Positions 1-10,845 of a stretch of 56,440 nucleotides of DNA are shown in pieces (positions within the stretch are counted from its first letter, which is position 1; each line of letters starts with the position of its first letter). The stretch spans positions 1 to 56,440 of IMG/VR virus record IMGVR_UViG_3300036983_000059. One strand, given 5' to 3'. The translations under genes were made by a program, and so were the position numbers. Below the pieces are notes generated by a model. It saw only the letters and a list, made by a program, of their open reading frames with translations. It did no database searches and was not told the DNA's origin. Source of the stretch: a virus (Duplodnaviria > Caudoviricetes).

Positions 1-1394
1 TTGTTCTTGGAATTAATGGTTTAACAACTTGGGTAATTGGGGAAGTTAAAGCTTTTTGTGAACGAGTAGGAAAAACGGTTAAAGATTTCTTTAAAATTAA
101 ATCACCCTCAAAGTTAATGGAAGAATATGGAGCTTATGTTGGAGAGGGTTTTGCACAAGGTATGGACTCAAAACAAGAGCGTACTAAAGGCGCAGCTTAT
201 CAAATGTCAAAAGCAATTGTTGAAGCCGCAGATAAAATTATAGAAAAAGCACGAACGATGTCAGATATAGCATCAGCTAAATATGATATTGTTTCGAGTA
301 AAATGCTAGATAGTGGAAAAACAGCAGGACTTCTTGACGCTAAATTGGGAATGTTAACAGCTCAAATGAATAATCATAACGATACTTTGCAAATTTTAAA
401 TAAAGCTTACAAAGACGTCGTTAAGGTTAAGGGAGCAACGTCTTTAGCAGCAAATGAGTTAACACTTAAAATTGCCAATGAAACAAGAGTAATAAATGCT
501 TTAAAAATAAGTTACTCTGATGCAAAATTAAAAACAGAAGAATATAATTCATCAATTCAAAGGACTTCTTCGTTGGCAGATTTGGTAAACGCAAAGTATG
601 CATTATCGGCAATGAGGCTGGGAGAAAACGCTTCTGCTGCAGCAAAGAATAGTCTTGAATTGCAAAGGCTAAATGAAATAAAAACGCTATCTGCTACAAA
701 AATTCAAACATTGCAAGATAAGTATAGTAATTTAGTTACTCAAAAAGGTGTATTTAATACTCTTACTATTGCTGCAGGAATTGAGTTAGTTAAGGAACAA
801 ACTGAAATGCAAAAATTAACTAACGAAATAAATACAAGTACAAACGCTATTAAAAATCAATCTGCTGCTTGGACGGATATGGCGGGTACAGTCTATAATA
901 AATCCAAAGAAATAGTTAGTTCTGTTTTAGGAGTTACTTCAACACTAATGACAAATGGTAATGCTATGGGAACGTTTTTGTATAGCAATGGAAATTCATA
1001 TAATCCAAACACTGGGGCTATAAATCAATATCCAAATGCATTGTCAGGTGGAAGCAATTATATAGAATCACAACAAAAGTTGTATAATGCAAATAAAACG
1101 CTATTAGATGGAATTTCAAAAAAGGAAAATGTAGACCTTAGTGTAGCAACGTCAATAGCAAGTTCTAGAGGGTTGCTAAAAGTTCCAGCATTTGGTGGTG
1201 GTGGGTATGTTGATAAACCAACTTTAGCATTAGTTGGAGAAGCAGGACCAGAATATATTGTTCCAGCTAACAAAGCTAAAAATGGTGGTGGCATAAATAT
1301 AACGATAACAGGAAACAATATTAGCAGTGCTTTGGATATTAATAAAATTGGTGATTTAATCGTTAAAAGATTGAAGTTAGCAGGGGTGAGATAA
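1..1394 (+). CDS. Tape measure protein, C-terminal part (5' truncated; N-terminal part at 54616-56440)
   Basis: Frame is open from position 3 (VLGINGLTTWVIGEVKAFCERVGKTVKDFFKIKSPSKLMEEYG). Contains typical TMP C-terminal motifs IKSPSK, PAFGGGGYV and LVGEAGPEYIVP. Confidence 0.9.
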   Translation, partial: VLGINGLTTWVIGEVKAFCERVGKTVKDFFKIKSPSKLMEEYGAYVGEGFAQGMDSKQERTKGAAYQMSKAIVEAADKIIEKARTMSDIASAKYDIVSSKMLDSGKTAGLLDAKLGMLTAQMNNHNDTLQILNKAYKDVVKVKGATSLAANELTLKIANETRVINALKISYSDAKLKTEEYNSSIQRTSSLADLVNAKYALSAMRLGENASAAAKNSLELQRLNEIKTLSATKIQTLQDKYSNLVTQKGVFNTLTIAAGIELVKEQTEMQKLTNEINTSTNAIKNQSAAWTDMAGTVYNKSKEIVSSVLGVTSTLMTNGNAMGTFLYSNGNSYNPNTGAINQYPNALSGGSNYIESQQKLYNANKTLLDGISKKENVDLSVATSIASSRGLLKVPAFGGGGYVDKPTLALVGEAGPEYIVPANKAKNGGGINITITGNNISSALDINKIGDLIVKRLKLAGVR

Positions 1395-4300
1395 TGGCAT
1401 TTACAATGACGATTGGGGGCTCATCTAGGTCTTGGGCAAAAGGAACTTTGCAAATAAGCGATGAGCTTAATAGTAGAAATACATGTTCATTTACATTGCT
1501 AGATGGCGGAGATCAATTTAATGGAATTGAAAACAAAGCGATAGACGGCAATTTTACAACTATGAATAATTGGATCCCAGCTTATGGTAGTGGCTCTATT
1601 GCTAGTAATGTTTATTCTCTCACTGGAGACGGCTCGCAAACTGTGCCCAGGCTATACCAAATAAAAAGTTATTCGTCTTCAATTGAAGGGAAAAAGTTCT
1701 ATGTTAGAGCAACTGTGCGAGTAACTAATTCAAGTTGTCTAAATTTGGCTTTGACTTTGTGCGATGGCTTAACTCCTTATCGCGAATCAGTTGTAGCCGA
1801 AGAAATAGATAATCCAACTATAAATGTATGGTATGAGCTGAGTGGAATAGTTACAATACCAAATGCGTGGAATACAAATGATGTTATTATTTATCCTTAT
1901 CATTGCTATGGATCTGCAGGCGATGCAACAGGAAAAGTAATGCAAATAAAAGAAGTTAGTCTTTTTGATTTAACAGAAAAGTTTGGAGCAGGAAAGGAGC
2001 CACCTGTAAACGATGTAAACGCATTAATGAACGCCATTGGCTGGTTTGATGGGGCATATACTCGTGACCTAATGTTCAACATAGGTTCAGAAGTAATCAT
2101 TACAAAAGATACTATAAAAATCTTTGCTGGGAATATATATGAGTTTGACGAAACAAAATTTGGCTCAATAGGCGTTGAATATAGTATTTCTTGTGTAGAC
2201 TATAATCAATTGCTTGATCGGTTTTTTGTGGCTGAAGCATATGAAAATCAAACAGCAGATGTTATCATAAAAGCAATTATTGATACTTTTGTAAGTGGTG
2301 AAGGATTAACTTACGCAAATGTGCAAGTTGCTCCAATTGTATCAAAGGCAGTCTTTAGTTATCAAAAAATTTCAGATTGTATAACCGAATTGGCTGATTT
2401 GTTAGGATATGCTTGGTATTTAGATTATGATAAGGACTTACATTTTGTGTCAAGAGAGAGCAACTCAGCTCCAATATATTTGTCAGACAATAGTTTAAAT
2501 TTTAGAGACTTGAGTATAAAAAGCACTATGGCAGATTACAGGAATTCGCAATATGTTAGGGCAGGGAATGATATTACAAGTGCCAGAACTGAAATCCTCA
2601 AGGGCGATGGAGCAAAGAAATCTTTCACACTCAAATATCCAGTTGCAAAAGTGCCAAGTGTTGCAAGTGTGGTGTATAGTGACCTAACAAATATAGTGAC
2701 AAACGGAAGTTTTGAGAGTGCATTAAGCACAGGATGGGCGGTAACGTTAAACGCAACAATACAATCAACTACTAAAAAATATGGATCAAGTGCTGTAGAA
2801 GTAGTTGCAAGCACAAGCAGGGCATATTGTGCGTGTGCTAGGGATGGAGTATTTTTTGTTCCAAATGCAAACAGCAAATATTATATGTGTGCTTTCGGTT
2901 ATTTAAAAAGCTATACCAGCGGAACACTTAACATCACAATCAGAGCAGCTACAGAAGGCACAGCATCAACCACCAACTACGATACAACAAAGTTGAATCA
3001 GTGGCAAAAGGTTAGTTTAATTTGGGATAGCACTGGGGCAACACTAACAAATGTTGATTACTTTTGTTTGCGTGATAACGGTATTGCAACAGGTGTTTTT
3101 GATATAGTTGTTGATGGTGTTGTGCTTATAAATCTAACTGCAAAATACGGACCTGGTAACGAACCAACACAAGTGCAAATGGATGATCTATTTGATGATT
3201 ATTTTGCTACATTCCCAACAGTTGCAAAAACAATAGGCATTCAAGGCGTTGAAGAAAATAAAGATTACTATTGGAATAAAGGTGCAAAAGAAATAACTCA
3301 AGATGATAGCTCAGCCTCATTAACTTCGGCTGATACGCTTTCAATTACTTATCAAGGCTTATTTCCGATAATTGTTGAAGCTTCTAGTGATAATGAAATT
3401 GCAGAGCGCAAAGCAATAGAGGGTGGCTCTGGAATCTATGAAGAAGTAATTGAAGCAATGGAATTAGATACACAGGAATCGGCTTTAGAATATGCTGAAA
3501 GTATATTGAGAAAAAAAGGTAAAATAGCTAAAATTGTAACTTTTGAAACTGATATAGATGGCTTGAGGGCAGGACAATTAATTGACATCAATATTGTATT
3601 GCATAATTTAAGTGGACAATATCTAATAAGTCAGGTTGATAAGCAAGACTTGAGTTCTGCAACTATGCGCTATAAAGTTACTGCATTAAGCGGAGAATAC
3701 TTAGGAGGCTGGGTAAGCTTCTTTAAACAGCTTGTAAAAAAAGATCAAACTTTTGTTATAAGAGAAAATGAAGTTTTAATACGCTTAAGAAAATTTTCAG
3801 AAAACGTTACTTTAACTGAAACGTTTAAAGCAACTTCTGCCGTAGCAAATAGCTTAACTAACTTCGCAGTAAATCCATATAATCCTTCAAAAGACATAAT
3901 TATATTTAACAATGAATTGTATGATGTTCACGATTATACAACGAACTATGGAATTTTGACAAAAGCAACAGAGGTTGATCAATCTTGGTCATCAGCATCA
4001 TATAATGGCGATGCAGGCTACTCTATATGCAATATGATTGTGCATAGCAATAAATTATATGGAGTTGCAACAAATTCAAAGCTTTTCGAATGGAATGGCG
4101 TGGATGCTTGGGTGCAAAAAGCCGCTCAATATGGAAGCCATACTTGTGCAGGAGTATCTTTGGCTATTGCAAACAATAAATTGTATGCTTTAACAGTTGC
4201 AGGAGGTTTGTTAGAGTGGAATGGAACTAATGCATGGGCTGAAAAAATAGCATCTAATGGATATAGTTTGCATAACTTGTTTTCATCTGGTTTAAATGTA

Positions 4301-4720
4301 TTTGCTTCTAGCGGAAGTAGCTCCCCATGCGTAACTTGGGATAATTCAGCTTCAAGTTGGTCAAACTCTTCCCCCTCTGGCTTATTCATTAAGTCATCTG
4401 TAGGCTTTAGAAGAGTATTATATGGAGTAACAGATACAGGCTGTTTAAGGCCATGGGGAAGTGCTGTAGTTGCTAGTGCACCAAGTACCAATGGGTCAAA
4501 TGCGAAATTATGTGTTTTATCAAAAAGCATATATATGGTTTTGAGAGACATTCCAGAAAATAAGGTAAAATGGTATAAATGGAGCGTAGGCGATTCATCG
4601 TGGACATTGTTATTCGATAAAACAATTTCTGCGTCATGTCCGCAAGACTTTTTACTCTCAGATAACACCAGGCTGTTATTAACTTATGATGATGGCAAAA
4701 TAGGGGTTTTTTACCCTTAG
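1394..4720 (+). CDS. Tail tip/hub protein with two inserted carbohydrate-binding-like domains and a C-terminal beta-propeller-like region
   Basis: Directly follows TMP. Hub-like segments (IFAGNI, SCVDY, WYLDYDKDLHF, GLRAGQLIDI). Two inserts start NKAIDGNF / NIVTNGSFE and end DLTEKFGAGKEP / NLTAKYGPGNEP. WNG/W repeats at the C-terminus. Confidence 0.75.
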   Translation: MAFTMTIGGSSRSWAKGTLQISDELNSRNTCSFTLLDGGDQFNGIENKAIDGNFTTMNNWIPAYGSGSIASNVYSLTGDGSQTVPRLYQIKSYSSSIEGKKFYVRATVRVTNSSCLNLALTLCDGLTPYRESVVAEEIDNPTINVWYELSGIVTIPNAWNTNDVIIYPYHCYGSAGDATGKVMQIKEVSLFDLTEKFGAGKEPPVNDVNALMNAIGWFDGAYTRDLMFNIGSEVIITKDTIKIFAGNIYEFDETKFGSIGVEYSISCVDYNQLLDRFFVAEAYENQTADVIIKAIIDTFVSGEGLTYANVQVAPIVSKAVFSYQKISDCITELADLLGYAWYLDYDKDLHFVSRESNSAPIYLSDNSLNFRDLSIKSTMADYRNSQYVRAGNDITSARTEILKGDGAKKSFTLKYPVAKVPSVASVVYSDLTNIVTNGSFESALSTGWAVTLNATIQSTTKKYGSSAVEVVASTSRAYCACARDGVFFVPNANSKYYMCAFGYLKSYTSGTLNITIRAATEGTASTTNYDTTKLNQWQKVSLIWDSTGATLTNVDYFCLRDNGIATGVFDIVVDGVVLINLTAKYGPGNEPTQVQMDDLFDDYFATFPTVAKTIGIQGVEENKDYYWNKGAKEITQDDSSASLTSADTLSITYQGLFPIIVEASSDNEIAERKAIEGGSGIYEEVIEAMELDTQESALEYAESILRKKGKIAKIVTFETDIDGLRAGQLIDINIVLHNLSGQYLISQVDKQDLSSATMRYKVTALSGEYLGGWVSFFKQLVKKDQTFVIRENEVLIRLRKFSENVTLTETFKATSAVANSLTNFAVNPYNPSKDIIIFNNELYDVHDYTTNYGILTKATEVDQSWSSASYNGDAGYSICNMIVHSNKLYGVATNSKLFEWNGVDAWVQKAAQYGSHTCAGVSLAIANNKLYALTVAGGLLEWNGTNAWAEKIASNGYSLHNLFSSGLNVFASSGSSSPCVTWDNSASSWSNSSPSGLFIKSSVGFRRVLYGVTDTGCLRPWGSAVVASAPSTNGSNAKLCVLSKSIYMVLRDIPENKVKWYKWSVGDSSWTLLFDKTISASCPQDFLLSDNTRLLLTYDDGKIGVFYP

Positions 4721-4733
4721 AAAGGAGTTAAGC

Positions 4734-5201
4734 ATGATTTTTAGTGATCAAGACAAAGCAAATGCAAACGTAAAAATTGAAGTAATAGATGTAAACACAA
4801 AAGAAATATTGCAAGTAATCGAAAAACATAATTTAGTTGTCACACTTGGAAGGTCTTTAATATGCGATCTTTTAGCAATGACAGTAGGTGTTACAGGTTT
4901 AAATTATTTTGCAGTTGGATTATCAACAACGGCAGTTACCCTTGCTGATATAAAACTAGGCACTGAGGAATTCAGAGACAGTTTTACTAAGGTTACCGTA
5001 TCTGGCAATAACGTCAAGTATCAATATTATCTAGCTTCTAGTGATGCAAATGGTCATACGCTTACGGAAGCAGGGCTATTTGGGGACAATGCCACGGGAA
5101 CGGCAGATACTGGAACTTTATTTGCAAGAGTTACTCATGATGGCATTTCAAAAGCAATTAATGTTGCAATAAATTATAGTTGGGATATAACATTTAATTA
5201 G
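4734..5201 (+). CDS. Tail/baseplate protein (tail-fibre N-terminal/collar-like fold)
   Basis: HNLVVTLG...YFAVG...TLTEAGLF...LFARV...YSWDITF pattern typical of tail-collar/baseplate proteins; AAGGAG RBS. Confidence 0.6.
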   Translation: MIFSDQDKANANVKIEVIDVNTKEILQVIEKHNLVVTLGRSLICDLLAMTVGVTGLNYFAVGLSTTAVTLADIKLGTEEFRDSFTKVTVSGNNVKYQYYLASSDANGHTLTEAGLFGDNATGTADTGTLFARVTHDGISKAINVAINYSWDITFN

Positions 5202-5212
5202 GAGGAAAGTTT

Positions 5213-5533
5213 ATGAATATTTATAATTTGCAAGAAATTATACTATTAATATCAGTAATTTTAGTTATAATTTTAATTTTTTTAAAATGGCAGCAAGCCA
5301 AGGCAATATTGTTTGCGTTAATGTTGCAAGCTAAAAGATATGCAAAAGATTCAATTTTAAATTCTGGGAAAGAGCAAGAGGATTGGGTCATAAAGCAAGC
5401 AATGAAATTTTTACCAATATCATTTAAATTGCTTGTGCCAGAGGAAATGATTAGAATTATAGTTATAAGGCTCTACAAGTCTCTTAAGGATTACTTAGAC
5501 GATGGGATAATAAATAACAGTAATAGCAAATAA
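5213..5533 (+). CDS. Putative holin
   Basis: N-terminal transmembrane helix; AKRYA...SGKEQEDWV resembles LL-H-type holins; lies upstream of the endolysin. Confidence 0.55.
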   Translation: MNIYNLQEIILLISVILVIILIFLKWQQAKAILFALMLQAKRYAKDSILNSGKEQEDWVIKQAMKFLPISFKLLVPEEMIRIIVIRLYKSLKDYLDDGIINNSNSK

Positions 5534-5576
5534 AAGTTTAAAGAAAAGCTTTTTAAAAACAATGGAGGGCGAGAAA

Positions 5577-5873
5577 ATGGAAGAAAACATGAATGCACTA
5601 TTGAATGAAAAAATTGAAAATCAAAGAAAAGATATTGATAGGTTGTATAATTTGTTTAACGAAACGCAATGTAAAATGAATGATACAGTGATTATTGTTA
5701 CAGAAATAAAAACATCTTTTGGCTCAGTCGTAAATACTGTTAACGAGATGAAAATAAAAATAGATAAAATTACAGAAGCTCCAGCTAATAATTGGACTAG
5801 CTTAACATCAACAATTTTGACTACATCAATTGGATTAACTTTAGGATATGTAGCAAGTAAGTTATTAAAATAG
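5577..5873 (+). CDS. Coiled-coil protein with C-terminal TM helix (XhlA/BhlA-like lysis accessory)
   Basis: Heptad coiled coil plus hydrophobic C-terminus; GGAGG RBS favours ATG 5577; adjacent to the endolysin. Confidence 0.5.
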   Translation: MEENMNALLNEKIENQRKDIDRLYNLFNETQCKMNDTVIIVTEIKTSFGSVVNTVNEMKIKIDKITEAPANNWTSLTSTILTTSIGLTLGYVASKLLK

Positions 5874-5884
5874 GAGGATAATAT

Positions 5885-6508
5885 ATGAACATAATAGAAG
5901 AAAAATACACATGGAAAGAAAGTTCAAAATTTGTAATTAGGCAAGAAACTAATTTTATTGTTGTGCATCATGCAGCTGCTATGTCGTGTACAGCTCAAGA
6001 TATTCATGGCTGGCATAGGCAAAAGGGTTGGACTGGCATAGGCTATCACTTTTTTGTAAATAAAAAAGGTGAAATATATAGAGGAAGGCCAGTTGAGGTA
6101 GAAGGCTCACACACTCTAGGCTTCAATAGCCAATCGATTGGAGTTTGTTTTGAAGGAAATTTTGAGCAAGAAGTAATGGATAGCAAAGAGCAAATAGCCT
6201 CAGGAGTGGAGTTAATTCAAAGCTTATTTAACCAATATAAAAAAGTTAGAGTCATTAGCCATAAAGGGTTAACCTCTACAGATTGCCCAGGAAAGAATTT
6301 TGATATATCTATTTTAGGTGTAATTAAAAAAGTTTCATTTAGATATAAAGATGATGAAAAAATTTCTGATTGGGCTAAAGAAGCAATTTATAAGTTGAAA
6401 GAAAAAGGCATAATGATTGGTGATGAAGAAGGGAATTTTAATCCAAAAGATATCATAACTAGAGAAGAGGTTGCAAAAGTTATTGCAAAATTGATAAATT
6501 TAATATAA
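5885..6508 (+). CDS. Endolysin: N-acetylmuramoyl-L-alanine amidase (Amidase_2) plus SLH domain
   Basis: IVVHHAA, GWTGIGYHF, IYRGRP, SIGVCFEGNF, SHK, DCPGKNF. C-terminal SDWAKEAI...GIMIG...FNPKDIITREE is an SLH motif. Confidence 0.93.
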   Translation: MNIIEEKYTWKESSKFVIRQETNFIVVHHAAAMSCTAQDIHGWHRQKGWTGIGYHFFVNKKGEIYRGRPVEVEGSHTLGFNSQSIGVCFEGNFEQEVMDSKEQIASGVELIQSLFNQYKKVRVISHKGLTSTDCPGKNFDISILGVIKKVSFRYKDDEKISDWAKEAIYKLKEKGIMIGDEEGNFNPKDIITREEVAKVIAKLINLI

Positions 6509-6518
6509 GTCAAACATA

Positions 6519-6548
6519 ACCCTCACTAACAAGTGGGGGATTTTTTTA
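6519..6548 (+). terminator. Rho-independent terminator after the lysis genes
   Basis: CCCTCACT...AGTGGGGG stem followed by a T run. Confidence 0.75.
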
Positions 6549-6554
6549 TAGTTT

Positions 6555-6648
6555 TTTATAAAAATATTTAAAAAAGTTTATAAAAAAGTGTTTACTTTTG
6601 CTCAAGAAAGTGTATAATAATATCAAGAGAAAGAAACAAACAAAAAAA
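6555..6648 (+). promoter_or_regulatory. sigmaA-like promoter cassette, copy 1
   Basis: -35 TTTACT 6591-6596, -10 TATAAT 6613-6618, AT-rich upstream element. 93/94 identical to 26825-26918. Confidence 0.85.
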
Positions 6649-6665
6649 CTTAGGAGGAAAATATT

Positions 6666-7094
6666 ATGCACATTGTTTTAAAAGATTTTTCAATAGCAGG
6701 GATAGAAAAGAAAAAAGGTGAAATAACAGCATACGATGGTGAGAAAAAAGATTATTTAATAGCAAATGGTTTTATGAAAAAATATGAGCCAAAAGTTTGG
6801 ACAAAAGAAAATATAATCGAATTATTAGAAACAAGAAGAGATGCAATAGAAAGAGCAATATTAGCATTATACAGATTGCAAACAGAAGATGAACAAAGTT
6901 CACAAGAAACAAAGCATTCAAATGGTGTTGGGTTTAACGGAGCAGATGCAAGATTTATGAGCTCATTAGTTGATTGGATGATTAATAAAGGAAGAAGGTT
7001 GAGCTTTAAACAAGCAGAAGCAGCTAAAAATAAATTGAAGAAATATGCGAACCAACTTGCAAATATTGCTAATAAAAAAATAACAATAGTGTGA
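6666..7094 (+). CDS. Conserved phage protein (NGVGFN..DA...LS.KQ...KY..QL motif)
   Basis: AGGAGG RBS; first gene after promoter copy 1; motif recalled from phage proteins of unknown function. Confidence 0.6.
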   Translation: MHIVLKDFSIAGIEKKKGEITAYDGEKKDYLIANGFMKKYEPKVWTKENIIELLETRRDAIERAILALYRLQTEDEQSSQETKHSNGVGFNGADARFMSSLVDWMINKGRRLSFKQAEAAKNKLKKYANQLANIANKKITIV

Positions 7095-7115
7095 TAGAAA
7101 AATCTGGCAAAATGC

Positions 7116-7176
7116 TAAAAATATTTAAAAAAAGTTTTAAAAAACTATTTACAAAAGCAAAATGTTTGTGTATAAT
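7116..7176 (+). promoter_or_regulatory. sigmaA-like promoter
   Basis: TTTACA 7148-7153, 17-bp spacer, TATAAT 7171-7176; shares the AAAAATATTTAAAAAAAGTTT upstream block. Confidence 0.8.
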
Positions 7177-7208
7177 AAAAATACTAAATTTATTAAGGAG
7201 GTAAAAAA

Positions 7209-7676
7209 ATGCTTTACTTTATTATTAGTGGTAATATGCAAAAAGGAAGAATAAAACAAATTTGTTTAACTGCTAGAAGTGAAGGACTCGCTAGCATTGA
7301 GAATGCAAAATTAGTTTTTAAAGGTGAATATACGTTTGGTTGGCCAAGTATTGAAAAATGTAAAGGAAGTTCGGTTAATGGAGTATTATATGATATTGCA
7401 GAATCTGATTTTATTAACATAGAGAAACAAGAGATGTTTAGAAAAGACATAAAGAAGAAAAGAGCCACTATAATAAAAAAAGATGGTAAAGAAGTGAAAG
7501 CAGTAATTTTTGTAGTTGAGTCAGAAAAAAGTAGATATGAAATGCCTCTAAAAGAATGCATATTAGGAATGGCAAGGGGGTATTATGACTATAAAATAGA
7601 CATTGGCGTTTTAGAAAAAGCTTTAGAAGAAAATTATAAAAATTATTATGATTTAACGATTTTAGAACAATATTAA
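7209..7676 (+). CDS. Divergent gamma-glutamylcyclotransferase (GGCT/AIG2-like) protein
   Basis: Aligns by eye with the GGCT at 28023 (ENAKLVF vs ENAKLCF; VNGVLYDI vs VYCAIYEV), but the YGSN motif is replaced by ISGN. Confidence 0.6.
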   Translation: MLYFIISGNMQKGRIKQICLTARSEGLASIENAKLVFKGEYTFGWPSIEKCKGSSVNGVLYDIAESDFINIEKQEMFRKDIKKKRATIIKKDGKEVKAVIFVVESEKSRYEMPLKECILGMARGYYDYKIDIGVLEKALEENYKNYYDLTILEQY

Positions 7677-7698
7677 AAAATAGAAAAGAGGAAAAATA

Positions 7699-7941
7699 AT
7701 GGTAAGAGTATTTGACAAATCGCCCGCATATTTAAATGATATTAAAAAAAGATTGGCAAGAGAATATTATTCTTTAAGTTTAATATCAAAAACTGAGTTC
7801 GATGAAATAGAACAAAAAATTGAAGAGCTAGAAGCTTCAATTACCAAGCTGAAAGGAGTAACTAAAGATGTCACCATCGAAAGCAGTGAAAACAGCAATA
7901 ATTCAAATGGAAAAAATAAAAGAAGACAAAAAAGTTCTTGA
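7699..7941 (+). CDS. Hypothetical protein
   Basis: GAGGA RBS; operon-like spacing. Confidence 0.5.
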   Translation: MVRVFDKSPAYLNDIKKRLAREYYSLSLISKTEFDEIEQKIEELEASITKLKGVTKDVTIESSENSNNSNGKNKRRQKSS

Positions 7942-8353
7942 CAAAAATTACGATGAAAACAGAGCATTATTGCTAAAAGAATTTAATGAAAAAAATGTAA
8001 CAGAATTTATAGTAGAAGATGGCAAAGATAGTGAAATTTCGGCAATAACTTATGATTCAACCCAAATAATATATGATAAAGAAAAATTAAAAGAAAAACT
8101 TCCGAAAGACATATTAAATAAAATAACTCGTAAAGAGTTTTCGGTTGACGTTAACAAGTTAAGAGAACTAAAATCAAAAATTGATAAAAATATTTTGAAG
8201 CAGATAATTAATATAGAAAAAGTAATTGACACTTCTTTGCTAGACTATCTTTATGAAACAGAACAGTTAGATCCAGCATCTTTAAAAGGTTGTTTTGATT
8301 TAAAGAAAACAACGTTTGTAAAAGTCACTAGACGAAAGAAAAAATCAAAGTAA
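7868..8353 (+). CDS. Hypothetical Lys/Glu-rich protein upstream of the primase
   Basis: AAGGAG RBS; 161-aa ORF with phage-like codon usage. Confidence 0.6.
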   Translation: MSPSKAVKTAIIQMEKIKEDKKVLDKNYDENRALLLKEFNEKNVTEFIVEDGKDSEISAITYDSTQIIYDKEKLKEKLPKDILNKITRKEFSVDVNKLRELKSKIDKNILKQIINIEKVIDTSLLDYLYETEQLDPASLKGCFDLKKTTFVKVTRRKKKSK

Positions 8354-8420
8354 TATAGCTTAACATTTATTGTGTTAAAGTTTCCAGATTATGTTTTAGG
8401 AAACACGAGGTGATAAAGTT

Positions 8421-9323
8421 TTGAAAGATACAATGGTTAGAATTTTAGATTATTATGGGTTATTAGAGAACACTAGTTTGCAAGCATCTGTAAAAATATT
8501 ATGCCCATTCCATGAAGATCTAAAGCCAAGTTTATTGGTAAATTTTGAAAAAAATAATTGGTATTGCTTTGGTTGTGGTAAAACAGGATTTGCAACAGAT
8601 TTTGTAAGGCAAGTTGATAGTTTAAATTCAATAGAAGCTTTGCATAAAGTTCACAAAATAATGAACTCAAAAAATAAATCAAAAATTCAAATTACAATAC
8701 AAGAGAAAAGACCACCAAAAGAATTAAGAATAGAAGCTAAAGAATATTTTTATAGTTTGCCAAAGCCATCATGGAAAAACATTTCAAAACATTACATGAT
8801 AAGTAGAGGCTTTACAAATAAAACGTTAATTGATCACGATGTTAGAATAAATCAAAACACAACTTATCCAGTAATATTGCCAATATTAGATATGGGGAAA
8901 TTCAAAGGTTGGGTTTGTAGAAGTGATAAAGATATTGATAGAAAGTATTTATACAATACTGGTTTTAGTAGGCAAAGCACCTTATTAGGTGAATATGATA
9001 AACCTTGGGTATTTATTGCAGAAGGCTACATGGATTGGCTTAAAGCTAGACAATTTGGAATATTAAATTCAGCAGCAATACTTGGTTGGAAAATAACACC
9101 AAAGCAAATAGAAAAATTGTCTAATTATACAGATAAAGTTATATGCGGACTTGATAATACTGATTCTGGAACTAAAGGATATTTAGAATTAAAAAAACAT
9201 TTTAAAGTTCGTAAGTTTAATTATCCAGAAACGATAAAAGATATTGGTGAAATGGATAAGTTCGCATTTCAAAAAGCTTGGCAAGATACAATACAAAAAG
9301 CAAACAAAAAAAGTTTGTTTTAA
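8421..9323 (+). CDS. dnaG: DNA primase (CHC2 zinc finger plus TOPRIM)
   Basis: CPFHED...WYCFGC zinc finger; KYLY; IAEGYMD; GLDNTDSG; KDIGEM. Confidence 0.92.
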   Translation: MKDTMVRILDYYGLLENTSLQASVKILCPFHEDLKPSLLVNFEKNNWYCFGCGKTGFATDFVRQVDSLNSIEALHKVHKIMNSKNKSKIQITIQEKRPPKELRIEAKEYFYSLPKPSWKNISKHYMISRGFTNKTLIDHDVRINQNTTYPVILPILDMGKFKGWVCRSDKDIDRKYLYNTGFSRQSTLLGEYDKPWVFIAEGYMDWLKARQFGILNSAAILGWKITPKQIEKLSNYTDKVICGLDNTDSGTKGYLELKKHFKVRKFNYPETIKDIGEMDKFAFQKAWQDTIQKANKKSLF

Positions 9324-9357
9324 TAAATAATAAAAAACATTAGGAGGAAAAAGAAAA

Positions 9358-10170
<813 letters not shown>

Positions 10171-10171
10171 T

Positions 10172-10510
10172 ATGAATGACAGGTTTCAAGAAATTTTTGA
10201 TAAACAAAAATCTTTGCAAACTCTGTTAACTGAGAAGGAGCATCCTGGAGAATATCCAGAGCTTCTTCCAGGCCATATAACGGGCTTAATGTCAGAGTTA
10301 GGTGAAATATTAGCAGAACATCAAGGCTGGAAACACTGGAAGAAAAATAAAAAAGAAGTTGTATGGGAAAATGTAAAAGAAGAAGTTGTGGATGCTTTTC
10401 ATTATATGATAAACATTGCATTGGTTTTAAAAATGGATGCTGATGATTTGTATGATGGTTTTATAAAGAAAAATAAAGAAAACATAGAAAGACAAAATTC
10501 TAATTATTAG
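10172..10510 (+). CDS. All-alpha dNTP pyrophosphatase (dimeric dUTPase/dCTPase family)
   Basis: Q..LQ, SELGEIL, WKHWK, KEEVVDAFHY, KNKENIERQ..NY motifs. Likely start is ATG 10172; the poly-Met extension is an artefact. Confidence 0.85.
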   Translation: MNDRFQEIFDKQKSLQTLLTEKEHPGEYPELLPGHITGLMSELGEILAEHQGWKHWKKNKKEVVWENVKEEVVDAFHYMINIALVLKMDADDLYDGFIKKNKENIERQNSNY

Positions 10511-10523
10511 GAGGAAATAACAA

Positions 10524-10826
10524 ATGAGAAAGGCAATGATAGTTCAACCGATGAATGGGTTAGCCGATGAAGAAATATTGGAAGTTAAAGCTAAAGCCAC
10601 AGAAAGATTAAACCAATTAGGGTTTGATGTTGTTAATACATTTTTTGAACATGGTATTACAGCATTAGGAGTGAAGAATAGACTATTGTACTTATTGGCA
10701 AAATCACTTGAGAAAATGAGTCTATGTGATGCAGTTTATTTTTGCAAGGGGTGGGAAAATGCTAGAGGTTGTAAAATTGAACATGAAGTAGCAGAGGCAT
10801 ACGGAATAGAAATAATCTATCAATAA
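10524..10826 (+). CDS. DUF4406-like / nucleoside deoxyribosyltransferase-fold protein
   Basis: QPMNGL...CDAVYFCKGWENARGCKIEHEVA. Confidence 0.75.
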   Translation: MRKAMIVQPMNGLADEEILEVKAKATERLNQLGFDVVNTFFEHGITALGVKNRLLYLLAKSLEKMSLCDAVYFCKGWENARGCKIEHEVAEAYGIEIIYQ

Positions 10827-10845
10827 TTAAATTTTAGGAGGGAAT

